DNA of 64,000 nucleotides from Bacteroidales bacterium (GTDB taxonomy: Bacteria; Bacteroidota; Bacteroidia; Bacteroidales; GWA2-32-17). The stretch is from assembly GCA_026416095.1 (NCBI GenBank), contig JAOAFV010000013.1, positions 1,998 through 65,997 of the forward strand, read 5' to 3'. Below, in pieces: positions 9,354 to 19,626 of this stretch. How positions within the stretch are numbered: the stretch's first letter is position 1; every line of letters starts with the position of its first letter. The notes under the pieces are model-generated. The model saw only the letters and a program-made list of their open reading frames with translations. It searched no databases and was not told the DNA's origin. The translations under genes and the position numbers were made by a program.

Positions 9354-11521
9354 TTTTCAAATATGTAACTAAAGTCACCAACTAAGTTAAGTTTTAGGTA
9401 ATAGCTATTGAATAGCTTTATAGAAGAAGCTGTATTTGGTGTGTTAAAAATTAGTTTAAATGCAGCATATTTACAATTTAAAATTCTTTTAAGTTTTAAT
9501 GTAGGCATATCAATTGTTATTTTATTATAGCAGGGCTGAGAAATTGGAAGTATTGTATTGAATACAGGTGGTGAATCTATTAGTATAGGATAAGCGGTTA
9601 GTGAATCAATTTTATGTTTAGTAGAATCAAGAAAATATATGTTTGCTTGTACCAATAAAGGATAATAATTGTAGTAATGTAATATTAATTTACCATTGGA
9701 TATATTGTCGATGTTAATATTTTTAACGTTAAATTCAGTAGTATCGTATATGATAGCGTTTTTTATTGAAAACCATAATGGTAATTCAATGTTAGCTTTG
9801 AGTCTTATATATGAATAATCGTATAGAAAATCGTTTGCATATGAAGGTTGAGGTAATATCTCACCATCGTTTAAATTTAACTTGAAGGAATATTCGAATT
9901 TATTCGGTAATATATTAAAAAGTTTGCTGATGTTAGAATTGCTATTACTAATATGAAAATAAGAAAAAGATGGTACTATATTGTTTTGCTGATAATAACC
10001 AGGATCATTAGGTTTGTCTATAATAAAAGGTGTATTCAATACTGTTCCTGTTAAGGTTTCATATGTATTTTTGTTAGTATTGGTAACTTTAATATGCTGA
10101 ATATAACATTTTGCTTTTGTACCTATTGTGCTCTCAGAAATTAAGTTTATTATAATATTTTCGGCGTGTAATTCATCTATGTTAACACCAGCAAATAGCT
10201 GTTGAATTGTGGTGTCTGAAATGGTTATACTCTTGTAACCGAAGAAACCTTTAATATACTTTACCTTAAATGAGCTTAGTTGTATGTTTATAGATATACT
10301 ATCGTGCTTACCAATGTGAATATATTGATTGGCAAAAGATGGTGAGATTTTTAAATGATAATATAATGTATTACACGTATCGGCGTCTATAATTCCGTTA
10401 TTATTTAAGTCAGTTCCAATCTGTTGCTCGTAATGCCCAATGCCTCTAAATTTTATATCGTAACCTGATAGGTCAACTTGCTTTTCTGTATATGATGGCT
10501 GTAATGAAGTGCCCGCAGGAATTTGTATTTGAGTATTTAATTGCTGATTGTTTTTAATGGCATCTGGTAGGGTAAAATCAATATTTACATTAGTGTTTAA
10601 TGTGTTATTAATACGTATAATTAAATTGCCTTGTTTTACCGACATTAACAATAATTGAGCACTATCGGGTATCGTAAAAACTGCATTACTGTGGTAATTT
10701 ATTTCTTCGTTTTCGGGTATTTTAATTATTGCACTATCGACTTGCAAATCGCTTATTGTTATGGTTGTAATAGCTGATTGTGAAGTGTCTATTATCACAG
10801 GACTTAGAGAGCCAGGCGATGAAACAGTAACTTTTGCTAAAAGTAAAGTGTCAATATAAATGTTCTGTAAAAAGTGTGTGTTAGTTTGTTGTGTATTTGG
10901 TAACACTATTAGAAAGTTGCCATTAATTAAAGGGTAATTATTTCCGCATGTTTTTACTTCGTAGCTAATATTTGATAATGGAACAGGTAAATTATTTTTT
11001 ATGCTTATTTTTAATATTGCTTGTCTAATTGCAATGTATTTAAAATATTGCGAAGTGCTTATCTTTATTGAATCGTAGCTATAAGGGCCAAACGATTGTA
11101 CTGTTGTAGGTTGACCAGTGTTATGAGCTGTCATAATTGTAGTGTAAATAGTGCCACTAGGGCCATTTTCTTCTTTGTCTTTATTTGCTATATCACCCAT
11201 GGAAATTTTGTATGTAAAGTTATAAGGGTTAAGTTTTAAAGATGTTAAGCTTATGCCATAGTTATAATTTATCTCATCTAATTTAACAAAAGTGTCTATC
11301 GTAAATTTTGAAAGCGTTGTATTATATACTAAAGAAATACTGCTATCACTGTTTATATTGTATAAAGTATCGTTTAAGAATTTTGATATTTTTATTTCAC
11401 TTGTGGCAAGTGGTACTAACCAATTTTGTTCTATTGAAGGATGGATTTCTTTTTTACAAGAATATAGAATAGTTGAACATATAATCAAACTTTTAAATGC
11501 TGAATTTAAATTGGGTATCAT
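9350..11521 (-). CDS. Large beta-rich lipoprotein, coupled to the downstream barrel gene
   Basis: Lipobox-like LYSC-KK, WLVPL motif, YIKGFFG, IELPL; 4-bp overlap with the next gene. Confidence 0.7.
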   Translation of the reverse strand: MIPNLNSAFKSLIICSTILYSCKKEIHPSIEQNWLVPLATSEIKISKFLNDTLYNINSDSSISLVYNTTLSKFTIDTFVKLDEINYNYGISLTSLKLNPYNFTYKISMGDIANKDKEENGPSGTIYTTIMTAHNTGQPTTVQSFGPYSYDSIKISTSQYFKYIAIRQAILKISIKNNLPVPLSNISYEVKTCGNNYPLINGNFLIVLPNTQQTNTHFLQNIYIDTLLLAKVTVSSPGSLSPVIIDTSQSAITTITISDLQVDSAIIKIPENEEINYHSNAVFTIPDSAQLLLMSVKQGNLIIRINNTLNTNVNIDFTLPDAIKNNQQLNTQIQIPAGTSLQPSYTEKQVDLSGYDIKFRGIGHYEQQIGTDLNNNGIIDADTCNTLYYHLKISPSFANQYIHIGKHDSISINIQLSSFKVKYIKGFFGYKSITISDTTIQQLFAGVNIDELHAENIIINLISESTIGTKAKCYIQHIKVTNTNKNTYETLTGTVLNTPFIIDKPNDPGYYQQNNIVPSFSYFHISNSNSNISKLFNILPNKFEYSFKLNLNDGEILPQPSYANDFLYDYSYIRLKANIELPLWFSIKNAIIYDTTEFNVKNINIDNISNGKLILHYYNYYPLLVQANIYFLDSTKHKIDSLTAYPILIDSPPVFNTILPISQPCYNKITIDMPTLKLKRILNCKYAAFKLIFNTPNTASSIKLFNSYYLKLNLVGDFSYIFEK

Positions 11522-11859
11522 TTAAAAATTTCTCAAAATTAATATTATAATTGCTAAATAGCAAAGAAACAAACAATTTTGTTATATTTTTGTACAGTAA
11601 ATTCTTATTTGCTAATTTTTATTATTGCGTAGAATTTAATTTCTCTCGAAAGTTATTCAAGTTTAATGGTTTTTGTTGAAAAACAAATTATTTTGTTAAT
11701 TTTTTTATTTTATTCTTTAGTAAAAGTAGAAAAATTTACATTCAAATTAACTATTTTGAATCGACTAAATTTGATCGACGAAAACTATTTTTTATTGAAA
11801 ATTTTGAGATTGTTAAAAATGTATTTTGGTGCAAATAGAGAAAATTTTTTTGAATTAAT

Positions 11860-11971
11860 GAGACCTTTGCAAAACTCACTAAAAATAATTTTTTTTACAA
11901 TTATATATAATTGAAAATCAATATTTTTCAAAATACTTAGAGACCCTTATAAAAAATTTTGCAAAGTTCTA
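11860..11971. mobile_element. MITE copy 2 (112 bp)
   Basis: GAGACCTTTGCAAAAC...TTTTGCAAAGTTCTA, colinear with 5485-5595. Perfect internal palindrome CAATTATATATAATTG at 11898-11913. Confidence 0.8.
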
Positions 11972-12262
11972 AGTAATATTGTGTAACAAGAAAAAATTAA
12001 TTGCTGTCAAATGTAATTTTTTTGTGTAGAGTTTCGATAAAGTAAAAAGTATAATTTTCTTTTTAACTACTTTAAACATTACCCTTAAGAGTAAATCACT
12101 TTTAGTTAATAAAAAACTCATATAATAAGAATGAAACTTTTTTTCTACTTCCCAACTAACTTTCAATAATATTATGTTAATGTCATTTTTATAAGTAAAC
12201 CAACTATTTTTTCACCAATTTTAACTTGTAAATTCCAACAATTTATGAGGCGTAAAATGCAA

Positions 12263-12922
12263 TTATGAATTAACATTACTCATATAACGTCGGTAAACCA
12301 ACTCCAGTAATAGTTGTAAAGTGCTGTTATTTTCCTTGTTTACTGTAATGTTATTATTTAGAAAATTTAGTGCCTCTTCTAATGATTGTGAATTGTTAAT
12401 TTTTTCAAGACATTCATTATATTTCTCAGCGTTACCATTAAAAATTTCTTTTATAAACATCATTTTGTCATTTAAACTTATAGCTTTTTTTAAATCGTTT
12501 ATAGGTTTTAGTTGTTCAAGAGCAGTTATGTCCTTATGTTTTAGAGAACTTGAAAGTAAATCGGCAAGCGTCGATTTATTTGTTGCAAGAGCTTCGGCAA
12601 GTATTTTACCCTTTTGGATTGTATTTTCTTGTTTTTTTTCTTTTTTATCTTCTTTATTTTGGTTAGTTTCTTCCTTAATGTTTTTTACTTCAGGTATAAG
12701 TTTTCTTAAAAGGTTAGAGTTTTTTGAAAGAAAACCTGTTTCTTCTGTCATTGCTGTGTTTAGTTTTAATTGTAATATTTTTTCGTATATTAGAGATAGC
12801 TTTTCTAAAGCAATGTCAATTTCAATCATTGGGAAGTTAGATGCTTCTTCTGAGATAAATTCAACTTCTTTTTTTAGTTCTTCAATTTGTAACAAAATAT
12901 TGTGCCACTGATTAATACGCAT
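12263..12922 (-). CDS. Conserved Bacteroidota hypothetical protein
   Basis: C-terminal DLKKAISLNDKMMFIKEIFNG...LVYRRY motif. Start at ATG 12922 or TTG 12937. Confidence 0.7.
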   Translation of the reverse strand: MRINQWHNILLQIEELKKEVEFISEEASNFPMIEIDIALEKLSLIYEKILQLKLNTAMTEETGFLSKNSNLLRKLIPEVKNIKEETNQNKEDKKEKKQENTIQKGKILAEALATNKSTLADLLSSSLKHKDITALEQLKPINDLKKAISLNDKMMFIKEIFNGNAEKYNECLEKINNSQSLEEALNFLNNNITVNKENNSTLQLLLELVYRRYMSNVNS

Positions 12923-13039
12923 AAAATGTTTTTTCAAAAATACAAAAAAGTGTTCATATAATCCATAATTTTATGTAATTTTTTGTATGTTATATGTAAA
13001 AAGAATTATTAATAAGTTATTTTTGTAAAAAATTTGGGA

Positions 13040-13624
13040 ATGTTTTTGGAACAAAAGCCAAATGAGTATAAAAAAAGAGGGTGGATCGAAGTTATTTGTG
13101 GGTCAATGTTTTCGGGTAAAACCGAAGAGTTAATTAGAAGATTGAATAGAGCCAGAATTGCCAAATTGCGCATAGAATTATTTAAACCTGCTATTGATGT
13201 AAGATATTCTGTTGAAGAAATAGTTTCGCACGACGAAAAGGCAATGATAGCAACACCTGTTGATAATGCAATAAGTATTCTCTTATATGTAGGCGATAAT
13301 GTCGATGTTGTTGGCATCGACGAAGCTCAATTTTTTAACGATGACCTGGTTGATGTGTGCAATCAACTTGCAAATCGTGGAATACGTGTAATTGTTGCAG
13401 GCCTTGATATGGATTATCTTGGTAAACCTTTTGGACCAATGCCTCAGTTATTAGCAATTGCTGAGTATGTAACAAAGCTTCATGCTATTTGTGTTAAGTG
13501 TGGTAACCTGGCTCAGTTTTCGCATCGTAAAGTTAAAAACGAAAATTTAATACTTCTTGGCGAAGCAGAAGAATACGAACCACTTTGCAGGGAATGTTAT
13601 AATAGTGTTACAGCTATAAATTAA
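13040..13624 (+). CDS. tdk: Thymidine kinase
   Basis: [29 protein letters not shown], Zn-binding CVKC...CREC. Confidence 0.97.
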   Translation: MFLEQKPNEYKKRGWIEVICGSMFSGKTEELIRRLNRARIAKLRIELFKPAIDVRYSVEEIVSHDEKAMIATPVDNAISILLYVGDNVDVVGIDEAQFFNDDLVDVCNQLANRGIRVIVAGLDMDYLGKPFGPMPQLLAIAEYVTKLHAICVKCGNLAQFSHRKVKNENLILLGEAEEYEPLCRECYNSVTAIN

Positions 13625-13625
13625 A

Positions 13626-16085
13626 TTGGATGTGTTATACTATTCTAAACAAATAGCAGAAATTGTTGAAGGTACTTTAAAAGGTAATCCATATAATACA
13701 GCAGAACACTTTTATTTTGATTCTCGCTCTATTATTCATTATAATAATTCTGCTTTTTTTGCTTTTAAGGGTAGTTTAAATGATGGGCACGAATATATAC
13801 CACAATTGATTAAAGCTGGAGTTAAAACTTTTATTGTTGAAAACAATAACTTTAAAGAAGATTCCAATTGCTCTTTTATAATAGTAAAAAATACCAAATT
13901 AGCCCTTCAAAAATTGGCTACTCATCATAGAAAAAGATTTAATATTCCTGTTATTGGAATAACTGGAAGTTATGGGAAAACAATTGTTAAAGATTGGTTG
14001 TTTGATATATTATCAGAGAAATTTGAAGTGGTTAAGAGTCCTAAAAGTTACAATAGCCAGATTGGCGTTCCTTTTTCAATATTACTTATAAATGAAAAAA
14101 ACCAAATTGCAATTATCGAAGCAGGCATTTCAGAGAAAGGAGAAATGGACAATCTTGCAAAAATTATATCGCCCACAATAGGTGTGTTTACTAATATAGG
14201 CGATGCTCATAGCAGTGGATTTAATTCGCTTGAAGAAAAAATTCAAGAAAAACTTAGGTTGTTTATTGACGCCGATTGTATATTTATTCCATCAAAGTAT
14301 TCAAATGTATTAAGTATTGCGAAAAAAGAATATCCACATAAAAAAATATTTACTTGGGGAACTTTTTGTAACGACAATCTTATTGTAGACGATGTAATTT
14401 ACGAAAAACATAGATCAATTTTATCTCTAAAATATAATAATAATGCTTTTGAACTTTATCTTCCATTTGTTGCAGAACCTTATGTAGAAAATGCACTAAC
14501 GGTAATACTAATTTGTTTGTATTTAAATATTGATTTAAAATTAATACAAGATAAGCTAAATCACTTGTCGCCTTCGCCTATGAGATTAGAAGTAATAAAC
14601 AGTATAGATAATAGTCTTATAATAAACGATACCTATTCATCTGACCTAACAACTATAAATTATGCTTTAAATTTCATGGAAAAAATAAAAAAATCTGACA
14701 AAAAAATTGTTATAATGTCTGATTTTCAATGTTCCTCTTTTAATGAAGAAGATTCTTATTTAAAAGTTGTTGATTGGCTTAATAAATCAAATTTACTATT
14801 CTTTATTGGAATAGGGAATAAGTTTAAAAATTATGCTAATTATTTTAAAATAAAATCTTTTTTTTATAACAACGTCGACGAAGTTATAAAAGAAATAGAT
14901 GAACTTGAAATTTCCAACGCAACAATATTAATAAAAGGAGCTCGTAAATTTAATCTTGAGAAAATAATTAATCATATTGAGCTTAAACATAATCATACTA
15001 TTTTAAAAATCGATTATAATGCTATCATTAATAATCTCAATTATTATCGCAGTTTGGTAACTCCAGACACCAAAATTATGGTTATGTTAAAAGCATTTTC
15101 GTACGGAGGTGGGACTTTTGAAATTGCTAAAATATTACAAGCTAACAAAATCGATTATATTGGTGTAGCGTACATCGATGAAGGTATAGAATTGCGTAAT
15201 AACGGAATTTTCTTGCCCATAATGATTATGAACCCTTGTGAAAATAATTATAATTTATTGTTTGAATATAATCTTGAACCAGTAATTTATAGTTTTAAAT
15301 CTTTTTACGAATTATTGAATGCCGCTAAATATTATTCAACAGACATTACAAATGTTCATATAGAGATTGATACAGGCATGCATCGTCTTGGCTTTTTACC
15401 AGACGAATGTAATTTATTATTAGAAGAATTAAAAAAACAAAAATATTTAAAAGTTAAATCTATCTTTTCTCATTTGTCTGCTGCCGAAAACCCTATTCAC
15501 GACAATTTTACATTACAACAGGTAAAATCGTTTTCCAAAGTAGTAGATTTATTTAAAAAAGAATTACCATACTCTTTTTTAAGCCATATCCTTAACACTG
15601 CAGGTATTGAGCGCTTTAGTAATTATTGCTTTGATATGGTAAGGCTTGGAATAGGTTTATATGGTTTTGGTACTAATAAAAGCAAATCTTATTTACAAAA
15701 TGTTTTTTCATTCATAACAAATATTTCTCAAATTAAGTGGCTAAAACCTCCAGAAACAGTTGGTTACGAAAGAAAAGGCATCTTATCCAGAGACACTAAA
15801 GTTGCTATAATACCTGTTGGTTATGCCGATGGGTTACATAGAAATCTTGGTAACGGAAACTATAGTGTTAAAATAAATGGCCAAAATGCCCCAATTATAG
15901 GAAATATTTGCATGGATATGTGTATGATAGATGTTACAGATATTGCCGCAAAAGAAGGCGACGAAGTTGTAATTTTCGATTCTGTCGATGATATTTTAAG
16001 AATTTCTAAGATACTTAATACTATACCATACGAGGTGCTTACAAGTATATCTTATCGTGTTAAAAGAGTTTACTATTATGAATAA
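13626..16085 (+). CDS. alr: Bifunctional MurF-like ligase / alanine racemase fusion
   Basis: N-terminal GITGSYGKT, SPKSYNSQIGVP, EAGIS; C-terminal MLKAFSYG (PLP Lys), IDTGMHRLG, GYADG, ICMD. Confidence 0.93.
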   Translation: MDVLYYSKQIAEIVEGTLKGNPYNTAEHFYFDSRSIIHYNNSAFFAFKGSLNDGHEYIPQLIKAGVKTFIVENNNFKEDSNCSFIIVKNTKLALQKLATHHRKRFNIPVIGITGSYGKTIVKDWLFDILSEKFEVVKSPKSYNSQIGVPFSILLINEKNQIAIIEAGISEKGEMDNLAKIISPTIGVFTNIGDAHSSGFNSLEEKIQEKLRLFIDADCIFIPSKYSNVLSIAKKEYPHKKIFTWGTFCNDNLIVDDVIYEKHRSILSLKYNNNAFELYLPFVAEPYVENALTVILICLYLNIDLKLIQDKLNHLSPSPMRLEVINSIDNSLIINDTYSSDLTTINYALNFMEKIKKSDKKIVIMSDFQCSSFNEEDSYLKVVDWLNKSNLLFFIGIGNKFKNYANYFKIKSFFYNNVDEVIKEIDELEISNATILIKGARKFNLEKIINHIELKHNHTILKIDYNAIINNLNYYRSLVTPDTKIMVMLKAFSYGGGTFEIAKILQANKIDYIGVAYIDEGIELRNNGIFLPIMIMNPCENNYNLLFEYNLEPVIYSFKSFYELLNAAKYYSTDITNVHIEIDTGMHRLGFLPDECNLLLEELKKQKYLKVKSIFSHLSAAENPIHDNFTLQQVKSFSKVVDLFKKELPYSFLSHILNTAGIERFSNYCFDMVRLGIGLYGFGTNKSKSYLQNVFSFITNISQIKWLKPPETVGYERKGILSRDTKVAIIPVGYADGLHRNLGNGNYSVKINGQNAPIIGNICMDMCMIDVTDIAAKEGDEVVIFDSVDDILRISKILNTIPYEVLTSISYRVKRVYYYE

Positions 16086-16863
16086 GGTAAAACTATCTGT
16101 AGTTATTATTACATACAACGAAGAAAATAATATTGAACGATGCTTAAAATCGGTTATTGATGTTGCAGACGAAATAGTTGTTGTTGATTCATTTTCGACC
16201 GATAAAACTAAAGAGATTTGTTTGTCTTATGGGGTAAAATTTATTGAACATAAATTTGAAGGTCATATTCAACAAAAAAATTATGCCATTACTCAAGCAT
16301 CATATCCACATATACTATCGTTAGATGCCGATGAAGCCCTTTCCGAGGAATTAAAGAAAAATATATTAAAAATAAAAGAAAATTGGCAGTACGACGGTTA
16401 TTATGTTAATCGTATAACAAATTATTGTGGAAAATGGATAAAACACGGTAGTTGGTACCCCGATTGGAAATTGCGCTTGTGGTATGCCCCAGCAGGAGAA
16501 TGGAAAGGAGTTAATCCACACGATAAATTTGAGTTGAATAAAAATTGTAAAACCACAAAGATAAAAGGCCATTTGTATCATTATTCGTATAGATCAGTTT
16601 CCGATCACATTAAACAAATCGAATATTTTACTAATATTGCAGCTAACGCAAGTTACCAAAATGGAAAGAGAGCAAACATTTTAAAAATTTTATTTTATCC
16701 AATATGGAAATTCAAAAGAGACTACTTTTTTAATCTTGGATTTCTTGATGGTTACTATGGCTTTGTTATTGCAGCAATTTCGGCCTTTGGTACTTTTTTA
16801 AAATATATTAAAATATACGAAATTCAAAAAAAACATCAAGTTAAAAAAATAGCAAAAAATTAG
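16078..16863 (+). CDS. GT2 glycosyltransferase (WaaE/KdtX-like)
   Basis: SVVIITYNEE, VVDSFSTDKT, LSLDADE, GFLDGYYG; ATG overlaps the alr stop. Confidence 0.9.
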   Translation: MNKVKLSVVIITYNEENNIERCLKSVIDVADEIVVVDSFSTDKTKEICLSYGVKFIEHKFEGHIQQKNYAITQASYPHILSLDADEALSEELKKNILKIKENWQYDGYYVNRITNYCGKWIKHGSWYPDWKLRLWYAPAGEWKGVNPHDKFELNKNCKTTKIKGHLYHYSYRSVSDHIKQIEYFTNIAANASYQNGKRANILKILFYPIWKFKRDYFFNLGFLDGYYGFVIAAISAFGTFLKYIKIYEIQKKHQVKKIAKN

Positions 16864-16906
16864 TTATGAAAAAGTTTTTGAGTAATTTTGAAAATATTCT
16901 TATACA

Positions 16907-17605
16907 ATGAATTTTGTTGAATTTATAGATATAGGTTTAATAAATTATAAGCAAGCATATGAGTTTCAAGAAAAATTACATAAGCAAGTATTGAGTGAAA
17001 GTAACACAAATTTTGTTGGTTATTTCATTTTATGCGAACATACTCATGTTTACACTCTTGGTAAAAACGGTAACATTAATAATTTACTTGTTAATAACAG
17101 TTTTTTAAAAAAAATAGGAGCGGAATTTTTTTGCACTAATAGAGGTGGCGATATAACTTATCATGGCCCTGGCCAAATTGTTGGTTATCCAATATTAAAT
17201 ATTAAAAAGCTGGGGTTAAGTGTTAAAAATTTTGTTTACTTAATTGAAGAACTTATAATTAAAGTATTAATGTGCTATAACATAAAAGCAAGTCGCATAC
17301 CTAAAGCAGTAGGGGTATGGATTGATGCTGATACTCCAAGCAAGCAAAGGAAAATATGTGCCATAGGAATTAGAATATCACAAGGTGTAACTATGCATGG
17401 CTTTGCTTTTAATGTAAACACAGACTTGAAATATTTTGATTACATAAATCCTTGTGGTTTTAAAGATAAATTAGTAACTTCGCTTCAAAAAGAAGTAAAT
17501 AATTATATTAATATTGAAGATGTAAAGTTAAAGGTAAAGGAACTTTTTGCTCAAGTTTTTTGTGTTAAATATGGCAACACTAACAAAAAAATATTGGAAA
17601 ATTAA
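16907..17605 (+). CDS. lipB: Lipoyl(octanoyl) transferase
   Basis: EHTHVYTLG, RGGDITYHGPGQ, RKICAIG, HGFAFNV, INPCG. Confidence 0.96.
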   Translation: MNFVEFIDIGLINYKQAYEFQEKLHKQVLSESNTNFVGYFILCEHTHVYTLGKNGNINNLLVNNSFLKKIGAEFFCTNRGGDITYHGPGQIVGYPILNIKKLGLSVKNFVYLIEELIIKVLMCYNIKASRIPKAVGVWIDADTPSKQRKICAIGIRISQGVTMHGFAFNVNTDLKYFDYINPCGFKDKLVTSLQKEVNNYINIEDVKLKVKELFAQVFCVKYGNTNKKILEN

Positions 17606-19313
17606 ACCTGAAAAAGATACAAAAGCAATCGATGCCTTAGCTAAAGAACTAAAAATTCCTCGTATAATAGCAAAATTACTTGTCGAAAGAGGAGTTTATA
17701 CAAGAGAGCAGGCGTATGATTTTTTTAATCCAAATTACGTCCAATTACACAACCCGTTTCTTTTAAAAGACATGGATAAAGCAATAGATAGAATTAATAA
17801 TGCTATTTCTTTGAATGAGAAAATATTAATATACGGCGATTACGATGTCGATGGCACTACTGCTGTTGCTTTATTATATTCTTTTTTAAAGAAAAGGTAC
17901 AATAACTTATTATATTACGTTCCAGATAGATATTCAGAAGGATATGGTATTTCATTAAAAGCAATCGATTTTGCTAAGGAAAACAATGTAAAACTTATTA
18001 TTGCTCTCGATTGTGGGATAAAGGAAAATGATAAAATAAAATACGCATTAGAAAAAAACATAGATTTTATTATTTGTGATCATCATTTACCAGGCAACGA
18101 ATTACCTCCAGCTTACGCTGTACTTGATCCTAAAAGACCTGACTGCTCTTATCCCGATAAAGAACTTTCAGGTTGTGGAATTGGTTTTAAGTTATTACAA
18201 GCCTTTTGTCACCGAAATTATAATGATTTATTTCCTGCCGAACTAAAAAATTACATCGATCTCGTTTCTGTTAGTGTTGCTGCCGATATAGTACCAATTA
18301 CAGGCGAAAATAGAGTTATTGTATACTATGGACTTAAAAAATTGAATGAAAATCCTTTACTCGGATTAAAAGTTTTGAAAAAAGTAGCAGGCTTAGAAAA
18401 TACTGTTTTAAATGTTAACGATATTGTTTTTAAAATAGGTCCACGAATAAACGCTGCTGGAAGAATAGAACACGGAAGTAAAGCCGTTGAACTATTGATT
18501 TCAAATAAAGAAGAAGAAGCATTAAAATATGCAAAAGAAATTGATAAATGTAACAACGCTCGTAAAAATTTTGATGAAAAAATATGTGAAGAAGCAAAAG
18601 CAATGATATTGAATAATGAATTATATAAGAGAAGAACTATAGTTGTTTATAAAGAAAACTGGCATAAAGGAGTAATTGGTATTGTGGCATCGCGGATTGC
18701 TGAAGAATTTTATCGCCCCACAATAGTAATGACTTTTCATAATGGCTATTATGTTGGATCGGCACGAAGCATTGAAAATTTTGATTTATATTCAGCAATT
18801 GAACAATGTAGTGAATATCTTGTCAATTACGGAGGTCATACTTATGCTGCTGGTATGACAGTTTCTAAAGAAAATCTTTTTAATTTTATAAATAAATTCG
18901 AAGAGGTTGCAAGATCATTGTTAAAAGACGAAGATATTGAACCTTTTATAGAAGTCGATGGAATATTAAATTTCAATGAAATTGATAAAAAATTTTATAA
19001 CCTTCTAAACCGATTTGAACCTTATGGCCCCGGTAATAACAGACCTATCTTTATAACTAAAAATGTTAAAGATACAGGAAGAGGAAGAGCCGTTGGTTAT
19101 GAAAATAAACATTTGAAACTCGAACTTGTACAAAAAAATAATTGTGAATACTTTTTCCCAGCAGTAGCATTTAATTTTGGCAAATATGCTACTTCGCTTG
19201 CCGAATATTCCGAATTTAATATATGTTATTCAATTGATAGAAATTTTTATAATAATAAAGAAGAATTACAAATTAGAATAAGAGATTTTGAAATACCAGA
19301 ACTTGAAGATTAA
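17571..19313 (+). CDS. recJ: ssDNA-specific exonuclease RecJ
   Basis: YGDYDVDG, DCG, DHH, GPRINAAGR, GGH motifs; ATG 17571. Confidence 0.96.
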   Translation: MATLTKKYWKIKPEKDTKAIDALAKELKIPRIIAKLLVERGVYTREQAYDFFNPNYVQLHNPFLLKDMDKAIDRINNAISLNEKILIYGDYDVDGTTAVALLYSFLKKRYNNLLYYVPDRYSEGYGISLKAIDFAKENNVKLIIALDCGIKENDKIKYALEKNIDFIICDHHLPGNELPPAYAVLDPKRPDCSYPDKELSGCGIGFKLLQAFCHRNYNDLFPAELKNYIDLVSVSVAADIVPITGENRVIVYYGLKKLNENPLLGLKVLKKVAGLENTVLNVNDIVFKIGPRINAAGRIEHGSKAVELLISNKEEEALKYAKEIDKCNNARKNFDEKICEEAKAMILNNELYKRRTIVVYKENWHKGVIGIVASRIAEEFYRPTIVMTFHNGYYVGSARSIENFDLYSAIEQCSEYLVNYGGHTYAAGMTVSKENLFNFINKFEEVARSLLKDEDIEPFIEVDGILNFNEIDKKFYNLLNRFEPYGPGNNRPIFITKNVKDTGRGRAVGYENKHLKLELVQKNNCEYFFPAVAFNFGKYATSLAEYSEFNICYSIDRNFYNNKEELQIRIRDFEIPELED

Positions 19314-19326
19314 TAAATAATTTTTT

Positions 19327-19590
19327 ATGAAAAAATTTATTGCCAATATAAGAATAATGCCTTTAAAAAACCTCGACGATCCTCAAGGCAAAGCAGTTAA
19401 GAATGCTTTGTCCACTCATTTTGGATTGTTATTTAAAACAATTTCGAGTGTTAGAATTGGTAAGAATATTACCGTCGATTTCGAAGCAGATTCTGAAGAA
19501 AAAGCCAAAGAAATTATCGAAGAAATGTGCAAAAAACTATTGCGAAATCCAGTAGTTGAATATTATGAATATGAAATTAAGAAAATGTAA
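19327..19590 (+). CDS. purS: FGAM synthase subunit PurS
   Basis: DPQGKAV, VRIGK, LLRNPVVE motifs; 87 aa. Confidence 0.93.
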   Translation: MKKFIANIRIMPLKNLDDPQGKAVKNALSTHFGLLFKTISSVRIGKNITVDFEADSEEKAKEIIEEMCKKLLRNPVVEYYEYEIKKM

Positions 19591-19626
19591 ATTATATTTA
19601 AAATTATTAACTATAAAAAGTTTTTA

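Noticed and set aside
11666-12166. ORFs 11666-11914 and 11969-12166
   Set aside because: Low-complexity F/L/K/I translations running into or abutting the MITE; no family motifs.
12217-12228. AATTTTAACTTG shared (inverted) with ~36504-36515, suggesting a second repeat family
   Set aside because: A 12-bp AT-rich match whose flanks align only with many gaps; not supportable by eye.
12321-12911. 196-aa plus-strand ORF, and the other short antisense/overlapping ORFs in the track
   Set aside because: Shadows of well-supported genes on the opposite strand or in another frame.
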